A stretch of 64,000 nucleotides of DNA, from contig CAMJIH010000002.1 of assembly GCA_946405785.1 (NCBI GenBank), positions 950-64,949 of the forward strand, read 5' to 3'. Each line of letters begins with the position of its first letter. Within the stretch, counting starts at the first letter, position 1. Positions 48,243-59,271 of the stretch are shown here, piece by piece. Below the pieces are notes generated by a model, which saw only the letters and a program-made list of their open reading frames with translations, had not been told where the DNA came from and searched no databases. This DNA comes from an uncultured bacterium (GTDB lineage: Bacteria; Patescibacteriota; Gracilibacteria; Absconditabacterales; Absconditicoccaceae). The translations under genes and the position numbers were made by a program.

Positions 48243-48809
48243 ATGCTTAAAAATTTTGAATATTGTAAATATACTTATCTACATAGGAAAGCGTTAACTT
48301 ATTATATTGAAAAAAATAAATATTTAGAGCCTGAAGAAAAAATAGCACTATTAGAAAGGGCTAAAGTTCATGATATGGATAAGTTAACTCTTTATCTTTT
48401 TCGAGATAAAGAAAAAGCATCAAAATATCATAGAGAACATGCTTCTCATCATATAAAAAGCAGTATTCCATACTCAAAAATTGATTTATTGGAATCAATA
48501 TTTGATTATGAATGTGCAGCTTTAACTAAGCCAGATAAGCCACTTAATGCATATGATACTGTTGTTAAGTATTATTCTGAATTTAATGATGTATATTCCC
48601 CAGAATTAAAAAGATTGCACATGGATTCTTCATATTTAGCAGTTGAAGAAGGTGATAAGCTATTTATAGAAAATATTAGTGTAACAGAAGTTGATATTCT
48701 TCATGAAGTTTCAAAATATTTGAAAGAAGCTAAGGATAATATCTATGTAGAATTATGAGAAAATCTTTGCTCAGAAGAGGAATATAATAAACTTATCAAA
48801 TATAATTAG
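48243..48809 (+). CDS. Small His/Asp-motif protein, 188 aa; possibly HD-superfamily or DUF5662-like
   Basis: Track ORF 48243-48758 continues through one TGA to TAG at 48807-48809. Motifs are YLHRKA, KVHDMDK and YHREHASHH. The functional assignment is tentative. Confidence 0.55.
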
Positions 48810-48827
48810 CAATAGTTGTCAATACAC

Positions 48828-48856
48828 TTGAAATTGAGAATCTGAAAATATATTAT
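48828..48856 (+). promoter_or_regulatory. Sigma70-type promoter
   Basis: TTGAAA, 17 nt spacer, TATTAT. Confidence 0.5.
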
Positions 48857-48888
48857 ACATTTCGGATTTTATTCCGTAATTACGTTAA

Positions 48889-49875
48889 ATGAATAAGAAA
48901 ACGCTATGAACAATAGCATTAGCTGGATCTTTACTCGTATGATCATGTGCTTACGAACCTAAAAAAACTGAACAAGATACTGAAGATGTTCCCTCCGAAC
49001 TCTATGATGATCTTACTTATTCAACACATGATGTATCTAAAGAATGAATGAATAATGTAAGATATCCCTCAAAATATGATGATTGGGATAAATTTGATGA
49101 AAATTGACATTTAATTAGTGATAAAAATAAAGCAGAAGAGTCACCAGCTGATTCATTATTAAATGAAGATGAAGATTCAATAAATATAGATTCAGTAGTG
49201 GTAGATTCTGTTGAGACAGTTCCAACAATAGTTGATACAATAAATTCTCAAGAAGTAATTGATTGGGGAACTGCAGATATAATGCAAGGATTATGAGGTG
49301 TTAAAGAAAAAACTAGAGGAGAAGTTTTCATAACAATAGATGATGGTCCATGAGCATATACACAAGAAATTGCGGAAGAATTATATAAAAGATGACATAG
49401 AGCCACATTTTTTATGGTGGGAACAAATATTACTGAAAAACGTTATGATGCTATGAGAAAAGCTGGAGAGATGTGACATGAGTTGGGAAATCATTCATAT
49501 TCGCATCCAAATTTTAGAAAAATATCTTTTGAACAAGCAAAACAGCAATTGGAAAAGACAAAACAAAGAATAGAAGATGCATGAATAAAACCTGCTCCAT
49601 ATTTTAGATTCCCATATTGAAATCAATTTAAGAATAAAACATTATTTGATGAATATATGAAATCAATGTGATATAAGGAAGTATTTTGGGATATAGATAC
49701 ACGTGATTGGAGTAAATCAACAACGAAAAAAGATTTGATTAGGTGTTTAGAGAAAGTAAAACCATGAGATGTTATCTTAATACACGAGAGGTCTTATACA
49801 AAAGATAAAACAATCCCTCCTATGGATTCTGTATTAAAAAGTAAAGGTTTAGTATCTGTTCCTTATCATAAGTAA
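48889..49875 (+). CDS. Polysaccharide deacetylase (NodB homology domain) lipoprotein, 328 aa
   Basis: It has a signal with the lipobox-like LLVGSC. Motifs: TIDDGP, ATFFMVG, GNHSYSHP, FRFPYG, WDIDTRDW, ILIHE. Confidence 0.8.
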
Positions 49876-49954
49876 TCATTTTTATAGATTAATTAATCTT
49901 GAAAACATAGGAGCTTTATATATTTTTAGCTTACTTTTATTGATACAAAAAAAT

Positions 49955-51490
49955 ATGGCAAAAAAATTCTATATAACAACAGCAATTGCTTATATGAATG
50001 CTGGACCTCATGCCTGACATGCACTTGAAATTATTCAAGCTGATGCTTTAGCAAGAATGTACAGATTTTTGTGATATGAAGTTGTTTTTCAAACAGGTAG
50101 TGATGAGCATTGAATGAAAATATGGAATGCATCTAAAGCTGCAGGTAAAGAAGTGCATCAATTTGTAAATGATAATGTAGAATTATTTAAAACCCTTTAT
50201 AAAAAACTTGATGTTTCTTATGATAGATTTCTTCAAACTTCAGATGAAGAAAAGCATATACCATGAGCTCAATTGATGTGGAATAAACTTGTAGAGAGTG
50301 GAGATATTTATAAGAAATCTTATAAATGAATTTATTGTGAAGGATGTGAAGCATTAAAGTTGGAAAAAGATTTAGTAGATGGAAAATGTCCTGATCATCC
50401 AAATAAAGAACTTCAAATAATAGAAGAAGAAAACTACTTTTTTAGACTCTCAAAGTATAGAGATCAAGTTGCAGAATTAATAAAGAATTGAACATATCAA
50501 TTAGAGCCAGAAATTAGAAAAAATGAGATTCTTGCATTTTTAGAAAAGGCTGAAGATGTTAGTTTTTCTCGTCAGAAATCAAAAATGCCATGGTGAATAC
50601 CTGTCCCTGGAGATGAAGAACATGTAATGTATGTATGGTGTGATGCTTTAACAAATTATATAACAGGTGCAGGATTCTGAGTTAATAATGAATGGGAAAA
50701 TGAATGGCCTGCTGATATTCATGTAATAGGAAAGGATATTCTTAGATTCCATGCTGCATTTTGGCCAGCAATGTTGCTATCAGCTAAATTGCCTTTACCT
50801 AAGACATTATTGGCACATGGGTTTCTAAATCTAAATGGTGCAAAAATGTCAAAAACAACATGAAATGTATTAGATTCAGAAGTTGTTGTTGATAAATATT
50901 GAAGAGATCCTTTTGTATTCGATTTATTATATAATGTATCTCTTAATGCAGATGGTGATTTCACAATGGATAGATTAAACGGAGTATATAATAGTATGCT
51001 AATCTGAGCATGGTGAAATCTTGTAAATAGAGTAGTTAGTTTGTGTAATAAATATTGAATTACAGAATGAAGAGGAGAATGAGAATTTGTTAAAGATTTT
51101 GACAAATTATTTGAATCAATAGAAAATCGTTATTTGAAAACATTTGATATACAATGATATTTGCAAGAGTGGTATCGTCTTGTACAAAAAGCTAATGAGT
51201 ATATAACAAAGTCAGAACCATGGAAAAAATGGAAAGAAGATGCAACAAAGGATGAGGCAATTAAAGATTTACAACTATTATTATATGTGATTAAAAACTT
51301 AGCAATATTATCTGCTCCTATTTTAACGAAGTGATTTGAAAAACTTAAAAATATTCTTTGAGTAGAGGAGCTAAAAGTGATAGATACTGCCAAAAATCAA
51401 GATTCTAAAGCCGTTGAAAATGCTTATAAATTGAAAGAATTTAAAGTAAACTTATCGCCAGAGATTCTTTATCAAAGAATAGAAGATTAG
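49955..51490 (+). CDS. metG: Methionyl-tRNA synthetase, 511 aa
   Basis: Motifs: [15 protein letters not shown] (HIGH region), a CEGC...C knuckle, WFDA-like [14 protein letters not shown], and KMSKT. Confidence 0.9.
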
Positions 51491-51494
51491 AAAA

Positions 51495-51518
51495 AGAAGA
51501 GTTATCTCTTCTTTTTTT
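51495..51518 (+). terminator. Rho-independent terminator after metG
   Basis: 7-bp stem agaagag / ctcttct with loop ttat, followed by tttttt. Confidence 0.7.
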
Positions 51519-51597
51519 ATATTCAAAAAACTTTTGAATACGAATTGCATTCATAAATAATGCGGTTATTTCAACAAATAACAAAAACTCATAAAAT

Positions 51598-51625
51598 TTG
51601 CAAAAATATTAAAATTGGTTAAACT
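51598..51625 (+). promoter_or_regulatory. Possible promoter of pilT
   Basis: AAAATTTGCAA gives the -35 TTGCAA, then a 16 nt spacer and TAAACT. Confidence 0.4.
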
Positions 51626-51672
51626 TAAGTAATGAGTTTTAATACTTTTTATTCATCATAAACAAAAAGAAA

Positions 51673-52785
51673 ATGGAAATGGAACAATACGAAGTCTATC
51701 AAAAAGAGCCAAAACAGTATGTTGCATACCTTAACGAGCTAATGCTTGAAAAAAATGCAACAGATATGTATTTGACGTATAATGAACCTCCAACATTAAG
51801 AATTATGGAGGAAATTCATAGACAAGATTTGCCTAAACTAGATGATACAATGCTAAATAAAATTGCATTGGCAATGATGAATAAAACAGGTCTTGATTAC
51901 TTTGAAAAGTATTGAGCACTAGATCTTTGAGTTTGATTTAAATGAAGAAGATATAGAGTGAATATTTCAAGACAAAGAGGTCATGTTATGATCGTATCAA
52001 GATTGTTGAGAAATACAATTCCGACACTAAATGCTCTTGCATTACCACCAATATTCAAACAATTAGCTCATAGAGAAAACGGTATCGTATTCTTAGCATG
52101 ACCAACATGATCATGAAAATCAACAACTTTGGCTGCTGTTATTGAAGAAATTAATACTACTAAGAAAAAACATATTCTTACCATTGAAGATCCGATCGAA
52201 TATATCTTTGAACCAAAGGAGAGTATTATTGATCAAAAAGAATTAGGTAAAGATGTGTCTTCATTCTCAGATGCCATGAAGTATGCTCTTAGACAAAGAC
52301 CAGATGTAATCCTTTTCTGAGAAATTAGAGACTTGGAGAGTATTAGAAATGCTATTTTGCTTTCAGAAACATGACACTTGGTATTAACTACAGTGCATGC
52401 GAGATCTGCAGAGCAGGCTTTAAACAAAATTATTTGATCATTCCCATCTGAAGAACAAAGTCATATTAGAACACAGTTATCAGAGAATATGGCAGCAATC
52501 GTTGTACAGAAATTGTTAAAAAGAATTGATAAACCAGGATTAGTTCTTTGACAAGAAATTCTTATTAATACAACAGCTGTAACAAATATTATTAGAGAAA
52601 ATAAATTAAATCAATTAAAGAGTGTAATGTATACAAACAGAGTTTCTGGATGAATGCAACTTATGGAAGAAAGTCTTCTTACTCTTTTCGAAACAAAGAA
52701 GATTAGTCTTGAACAAGCACTTGAAGCAGCAAATGATCCTTCTTATATTAAGAGAGAATTGATTAATAAATGATATCTTAAATAA
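51673..52785 (+). CDS. pilT: Type IV pilus retraction ATPase (twitching motility protein)
   Basis: The Walker A GPTGSGKST is encoded tga-cca-aca-tga-tca-tga-aaa-tca-aca (52099-52125). Other motifs: TIEDPIE, the Walker B/Asp box RQRPDVILFGEIRD, the His box TGHLVLTTVHA, and a C-terminal PilT-type region. Product is 370 aa. Confidence 0.88.
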
Positions 52786-52808
52786 TAACAAACGAAATAA
52801 CAAATATA

Positions 52809-52832
52809 AAAGCTGCAATTGCAGCTTTTTTT
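52809..52832 (+). terminator. Rho-independent terminator after pilT
   Basis: Palindrome agctgcaattgcagct followed by tttttt. Confidence 0.7.
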
Positions 52833-52937
52833 AATAATTATTTTTTTATACATGAATACGTGATTTTTTATTAAGTCAATATAAAATATGCTCAATATGG
52901 AAGGAATTAATAAAATATTAAATTTAAATGGCTCTTT

Positions 52938-52966
52938 TTTGACTTTTGAAAAAATTTTTTATATAA
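52938..52966 (+). promoter_or_regulatory. Sigma70-type promoter
   Basis: TTGACT, 17 nt spacer, TATAAT. Confidence 0.6.
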
Positions 52967-53002
52967 TTGTATTGAAGACTTTTAGTTTATATTGAAACGA
53001 GT

Positions 53003-54934
53003 ATGGCAATTGCTGATGAAAATAACGGAATCATGTGAGATGATCCTAAGGCAAATCAATTAGCCGATAATAATTCTGCATGAGATTATCCTACTTTTGA
53101 GGATGAGAATACAAATACAGAAACTCCTTCTCCCGTTTCTGATGTACCGCAAGAAGATAATCCTATGCAAGAACCAGCTGCTGAACCTCTTCCAACTGAT
53201 GGAATAGATGCTACACAACAGTGAATGTGACCAATGAAAATTACTGAAGAAGCATTAGCAGAGATGAAAGAACAGGAAAAGGCAGAGCAGGAAGCTTTGG
53301 CTGCTAGCCAAACAATGGATTATCAACTTTCAGAAGATCCAATAGTAAATGATGATTCCTACAGTTATGATAATAATAGTGAAGATACATCAAATGAAAC
53401 AGAGAATTTGATGGATGAATGAAATTCTCTTTGATCATATAGTTTTTGAGAAGAAAGAGTAAAAGTGAAAAGATACAACACATGATTTGTTTTATCTGTA
53501 TTAGGATTAATCGTTTTTGGATGACTAGCATATGTTGTTTATATGTTCTATCAATACCTTGAATATAAATCAATGCCAGTGATTCCATCTGATAAAGAAA
53601 AAACAGTGACAACGGTATCAGATAAGTATGATGAATACGGACAAAAATTAGGATTATTTGATCTTGAAACATATAAGGTTATCTATCTTGAAAACGAAGC
53701 ATATAAAGTTGATGATTTGCTAAGTGATTCAACATTAAACTTTAATCAGAAAAAAGATGATCTTCAAAGATCATTACTTAGAATGGGAAATGAAATTAGC
53801 AGAATTAAAAGAGAAACAAAAGTTTTGAGAGAGAAAATGAATAAAGAATGATTTTTCCCTCCTGAGTTAGTTTGAATTTTGGAAGCTGATAATGCTATTA
53901 GTTCAATTCAAAGAAGTCTTATATCTCTTGAAGTAGTTAAGTTCTCAAGTGCGTTAAGAGTTTTCTCATTAATGGATGATATTGTAAAGGAATTGTCAGA
54001 TAATTTCGATATTACAAAATGAACTATTAGAGAAAAACTTGAAGAATTAATTAATAGATGAGAACAAGATGTAGAGTATTATCTTAATGTATGTTATAAT
54101 AATCCATATGAAACAGAAGAATGTATCAATATTAACGACTTTGATAAATATTATAAAACTATTAAACAAGAAGAAGATTTTGATACTACATTCTTTAAAA
54201 AATTGATGAAGTATATAAATACTCAAATCGAATATAATGAGATGCCAAGTTTCTCAATTACATTTAACAGTTTTAATGGAAAGAGTAATAGTATTACATT
54301 CTCTGTTGAAGTTAATACAACAGTTGAAGATGAATTGGCATTATCTCAACAAGGAATAAAGAGTCCACATATCTTTATTATATCAGAATTAATTAAATTA
54401 CTTAAACTATCTACATTCATCGGAGGTAAACAAATTGATGCAAAGAATGTTAAGGTTGTACCTAAGAATATAACTATTGCATGAAGACAATTTAAAGTAA
54501 ATAACTCTGTAAATACTTATACATTGCCAATTCAAAAAACAACAGAAAGAGAAATCTTCGATTTCATTGAAACATATTCTTTGAACCTTGAAGATACGGA
54601 ATTTGATATGACATGATTCTTGATGTCTGGATTTGATATGTCCGGATTTGATATGTCATGATTCATGATGTCTGGATTTGATATGTCCGGATTCGATATG
54701 TCATGATTTATGATGTCTTGATTTGATATGTCTGGATTCGATATGACATGATTCATGATGTCTGGATTTGATATGTCTTGAGCTGTAATGACATGAGAGA
54801 CTATGACATGAGAAGTGTTATCATGAGATAATCAATATACATGAGATATCGTAGCTGATACTGGCTTAGAAATAACATATAGCTGAGAAGTTAGCAGCGA
54901 AGAAGCATGATTTATTACTGATGCACAAATTTAA
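53003..54934 (+). CDS. Bitopic membrane protein, 643 aa; acidic N-terminus, coiled coil, PilN/PilO-like ectodomain (tentative) and an (M-S/T-G-F-D/M)n C-terminal tail
   Basis: The frame links track ORFs 53234, 53543 and 54203. The TM span is FVLSVLGLIVFGGLAYVVYMFY. The repeat tail is at 54602-54796. Ends in TAA at 54932-54934. Confidence 0.7.
54602..54796 (+). repeat. In-frame 15-nt (5-aa) tandem repeat encoding F-D/M-M-S/T-G, about 12 units, with a 45-nt higher-order period
   Basis: Units read ttt gat atg tct gga, ttt gat atg tcc gga, ttc atg atg tct gga and so on. The Gly position is written either gga or tga. Degenerate units continue to about 54845. Confidence 0.85.
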
Positions 54935-54965
54935 AATAAATACTTTATATATTGAATAAAAAACA

Positions 54966-56510
54966 ATGGAAGAAGAAAAGAAAGAATTAACCCTTTCGGA
55001 TCAAGTAAAAGATGTCTGGGGAAAAATTGCTTGAGTTCTTTGAAAGTGATGAAATGCTGAAAAAGAATTCACTTTCTGAGTAAGTAAAGAAGCTTATATC
55101 ATTGCTCTGATATTATTCATTGCATCTGTTTGAGCTTTTGTTGTAGCAGTGTATTATACATGGTTAAAGTATGAAGAAATTACTTTAAGAACTCCAGAAT
55201 TGGTAGAACTTAGTAATTATAATCTTCCAGATTTCTCAAGAGAAATGAGTGCTGAAGGGGTGGATATGCCTTCAAATATACAATGAATGGTAGATTTATA
55301 CGATAAATCAATGCAAGATAAAAAAAGAATTGAAGGAGAATTAAACTTTAAAACAAGTATTTATAACGAATTCTTAAGAAATTTCTTGTTGCCATCTTTG
55401 AATATTTGGAAAGATCCATACACAAAAGAAATTGATATATCTGTGATGTGAAAAAAATATTTGGATAATAACCCATACCAAGACATTTCATTATTATCTC
55501 AATGGAGTTCCATTATTAGAGATAGTTGAAAAGAAGTATGATTAAATGAGGTAACAGATATGAAAATCTGAGAGATTTCAGAAGATAAAGAATGACATTT
55601 TAAAATCCCAATTACAGTGTCATTTAAATCAAATTCAAAAAGAGCATTCTTGCTTTTGGTTGATAAGTTATCATTAACTTCAAATGTTAGTAATATCTGA
55701 TTGTTAAACGACTTTATGTACTATTTATTTAATACAATTAGAGAACAAAAAGCAGAAGAAATTCAAGCAATTCTTGAAGAATACAACTCAGAAGATTCAA
55801 CAAAGATGGAAAGACCAGAAGGAACTGATGATAAATATTTTGAAAACATGATTATATCTCGTTACTTATACTACTGGATTCTATGAGATGATGAAGAACC
55901 TTGTCGTTTAATAGATGAAGAAGTAATTGATGCAACAGTAAAAAAGAGTATTGTATGTAACGATAAGGATCCAGAAGTATGTTACTTTGATTTTAGAGAT
56001 AAATATAGAAACATTCCTGAATTAGCATATTCTATTTGAATTGAATCAGTTGTTAATAAGCCTTTGGCATTGAAAAGATTTATACAAGAACTACCTCCAT
56101 TGATAGCAATTGAATCATTTACATTTGATAAAGAAAGAAGTGAAAATGGTGGTCTATCTTTAATCCAGAATACTGATTATATAGGACAGGTTCATTTTAA
56201 TATCTATGGTAGATGAATATCAGAGGCTGAAACAAAAGAGATAACAAGGAAGTTAGCAGAGGATTGTTTCGGATCATGAACAAGTAATGATTTGGAATTA
56301 AAGAATGTTTTGGCTCCAGTTCAGACAGCAATCGAGCAAATCGATGAATTATGACAAAACAGTGTCTGAAGAATGACAAATCTTATTGAGTTAAGAGAAA
56401 TATTGAACGAAGATGCTAAGACATATTCAAAGCTCTCTCCATATAATAAAATGGTTAGAAAATTCGAATATTATAGAATGCTTAAAAATATATGAGGTAT
56501 TTGTATTTAA
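54966..56510 (+). CDS. Bitopic membrane protein, 514 aa; PilO-like (tentative)
   Basis: The frame contains track ORF 55701-55886. The TM span is YIIALILFIASVGAFVVAVYYTW. A segment HFKIPITVSFKSNSKRAFLLLVDKLSL resembles the PilO ferredoxin-like fold. Ends in TAA at 56508-56510. Confidence 0.65.
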
Positions 56511-56523
56511 GATATACATAAAA

Positions 56524-56556
56524 TAAAAAATAGAGATTCATATCTCTATTTTTTTA
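56524..56556. terminator. Bidirectional terminator between convergent genes
   Basis: 8-bp stem atagagat / atctctat flanked by an A-run and a T-run. Confidence 0.7.
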
Positions 56557-56575
56557 TATTATCAAATAATTTTCA

Positions 56576-56884
56576 TTAGAAAGGAAGATCATCTGATGAT
56601 GAAGTTTCTCCAGAAGCTTTTTCAATTCTCCAGCAAGTAATACTGTTGAACCATCTTCCTGGTTGATTTTTAGATTCATTTGCTCTAGCATTCAAATGAA
56701 CAGTAATTAAATCACCAGTATTTACATCAGCTAATAGATTAATCTTATCTCTAAAGAAATCTACAGCGATAGATCCTTTATATTCTCTATCTGTGTTCTC
56801 TTCTAAAACGATAGTTTGTTTATCAACACCTTCTCCAATTGTCTCTTTAGGTCCAATAAACTTAACAAATCCTTGATACTGCAT
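56576..56884 (-). CDS. DUF3127-type OB-fold protein with an SSB-like acidic C-terminal tip (..SSSDDLPF), 102 aa
   Basis: This is track ORF 56576-56914 trimmed to the ATG at 56882-56884 (MQYQGFVKF..). It shows the family-like pattern ..IVLEE.....Y...IAVDFF.DK...L....GD...VH.N......... .RWFNSI..WRIE, and the tail DDLPF. Confidence 0.7.
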   Translation of the reverse strand: MQYQGFVKFIGPKETIGEGVDKQTIVLEENTDREYKGSIAVDFFRDKINLLADVNTGDLITVHLNARANESKNQPGRWFNSITCWRIEKASGETSSSDDLPF

Positions 56885-56996
56885 ACTAATAGTGTAATGA
56901 ATAAAATAAAGCAATAAACTTTATAGTAAAATATTGTTTTGAAAAGTAATTACAAGAGGAAATTGATAAAAGAGTAGTACCTATTTATATATTATT

Positions 56997-57605
56997 TTAA
57001 GATACATTTGGAGCTATCATGTAATTAGCTTCAAGTTTTTCAACTTCATTTTCCATTAGTGTTTCTCATTTAAGGACATGTTTTCAGTTATATTCGAGGT
57101 ATATATCTGAATTATCATAGCAGTAATGGAGTTTATTCTTTGATTCACCAAAATAAGTTTCATCATATACTTGATCAAGATAAACATCTCAAAATTCATC
57201 TTTAATCATATCAATATCAGATTTTTTAATCATTTTTATTAGCTCATTTTTTTCAGTATCTCGAACCCAAACATTTGATTTTTGTCAAATATAGAGAATT
57301 CAATAACGAGGAATCCATCAATTTTTATAAAAAATAGAATAGAGGTCAGGTTTAGATATTGTATAAAACTTTATCTGTTCATTTTTTAAAGTTTTTAATA
57401 GATTTAATGCTAATGTTCAAACTCTTAAATTAGTAAATCATCCAGGTCAATTTAGAATTAAACATTCAGTAAAATTATATTTTTTATCAAGTTTAACAAG
57501 TACTTTCCCAATCTCTATTTCAACTCAATTCCTATCCAAAAAAATAGGATTATCTAATCCATAAATTGCTATTCTATCTGAGGAAATATCGATAAATACT
57601 TTCAT
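56997..57605 (-). CDS. tsaB: tRNA threonylcarbamoyladenosine biosynthesis protein TsaB
   Basis: The motif is LNGPGGFTNLRVG (second G = TGA). Product is 202 aa. Confidence 0.75.
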
Positions 57606-57629
57606 AGCGATATTATTATATTGATAAAC

Positions 57630-57938
57630 TTATTCGAACATTCTTTGCAAATCTTCATCCCTGATCATTTTAGGACTCCACATAGGATCAAATGTTGTTT
57701 CAACTTCTACTTCATAATCAGGAGCAGGAATTTGTGCGGCATTTTTTACACTTTCCATAAGATAGTCTGCCATAGGACACACTGGAGTTGTAAATGTCAT
57801 AACAATTTTTATCTTCTTATCTTCTTCGTTAATATTAATAGAATAGATTAATCCTAGAGTATAAATATCAACAACAGGGAAATCAGGATCATAAACTGTT
57901 TGCAGTGAAGCTTCAATACTATGATAAAGTTCTTGCAT
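57630..57938 (-). CDS. sufT: DUF59 / SufT-like Fe-S cluster assembly protein
   Basis: Intact track ORF. Motifs: L..V.DP.....I..LGLIY.I and MT.T.P.CP. Confidence 0.7.
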   Translation of the reverse strand: MQELYHSIEASLQTVYDPDFPVVDIYTLGLIYSININEEDKKIKIVMTFTTPVCPMADYLMESVKNAAQIPAPDYEVEVETTFDPMWSPKMIRDEDLQRMFE

Positions 57939-58323
57939 TATCTTTTCTTAATGGATCTGTAAAAATAGCATACTGCATTGCAATGAAGAGGACTAAACAT
58001 AAGAGTCAAAGCCATTTAGTCCATAATTCAGCTACAAGAAGTAACACATTTATTAAGCAAAAGAGTCAAAAAAGGAATGATGTTTTATATGCATCTTTCT
58101 TCATTCTTTCTTTAGAAACTTTTGTAATAAAAAGTCGCTGAACCCGATAGAAAATAAAATAACTAATTCACCAAAGTAACAAAAATATTCAGATAAGTCC
58201 TAAAGTTAAAGCAATGGCTAAATCGTCTTTTGGACTAATCATTGTAAAATCAATGACGAGTAGAATTATTCAAAAAATAGTTTTTATTAATGATGCACTA
58301 GCATAAATTCCAAAATTCTTCAT
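57919..58323 (-). CDS. Small polytopic membrane protein, 134 aa
   Basis: It has four hydrophobic spans. It ends in TAG at 57919-57921 and overlaps the sufT start by 20 nt. Confidence 0.5.
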
Positions 58324-58343
58324 ATGTTAATGAATAAGAAATC

Positions 58344-59240
58344 TTAAATATTTACAGTAACTTCTTCATGTTCTAATTCTTGCTTTTCTTGTTCGAGAAG
58401 AGTTTCTGTATCTAATTCAGCACGAGAAGGAAGATAGAAAGGATTTGCTCCTGTTTCATAAATTTTTCCGTAAATAACATCCCATATTCCTTGTCATAAA
58501 ATCATAAGAGGGAATGAAAGTAATGGAGTTAATAGCATTAATGTTTTTGCTCCATCTGTATTAACATTACTTTGTAGTGATGGTGCTAATAATCATGATA
58601 ATGTCATGATAGAAACACAGAATCATAAGCAGCATCCCATTAAAGATGATGCAGAATAATTAGGGTTTACAACAAATTCAATTTGACAAGCTGAGACAAA
58701 AGTTGCCAAACATACATAAAGAACAAATACAACAATTGAAGCATTTGGCAAATCTTTAAACATTAGAAATACTACGGCAATACCTACTGAAAGAATTCCA
58801 TTAGTAAGAAGTAATAATCCTACAGTTTTACCTACATCACTATATTTTCCTGAGAAAAAGAATGTATAGATAACCATTAATACAAGATTTCAAACGAATG
58901 CAATAACAAATCATAACAAAAGATTAACAATCCATGCAAATTGATTTTCAGAAGTAAGAAATCATAATCATGATGATGTTACTTCTCAACCTCCTCACAT
59001 TAATGTACCTAAAATACCTGCAAGTACGAAATAAACAACAGCCATAAGAGCTCAAACAACTAATCAGATACCAATCTTTCATAATAAAGCCCATCATCAT
59101 ATAGTACTAGGAGCATTAACTAAACGATCTAATTGTTGCCTCTGATCTTTAGCAATTTTATTTGGGTTAACTGGTGCTATTCCTCAGTCAATTCAAGGTA
59201 TCACGAAGGAAACTGCAGATGATTGATTTAGATTTTCCAT
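58344..59240 (-). CDS. Polytopic membrane protein, 298 aa
   Basis: The frame contains track ORF 58623-58877. It has about 6 hydrophobic spans and an acidic C-terminus. Confidence 0.6.
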
Positions 59241-59271
59241 AAGTATTATATCTCTAATAAAATGTTGTTCT

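Noticed and set aside
50719-51393. Two minus-strand ORFs of 128 and 87 aa
   Set aside because: They are antisense to metG. The same applies to 17988-18359, 29500-29859, 34990-35352, 53304-53672 and 22259-22474 relative to the genes called on the other strand or in another frame.
54532-54756. The 74-aa minus-strand track ORF (..ISNPDISNPDI..), and the possibility of a CRISPR-like array
   Set aside because: It is the antisense image of an in-frame 15-nt coding repeat inside the gene at 53003-54934. The units are contiguous with no spacers, which is incompatible with CRISPR.
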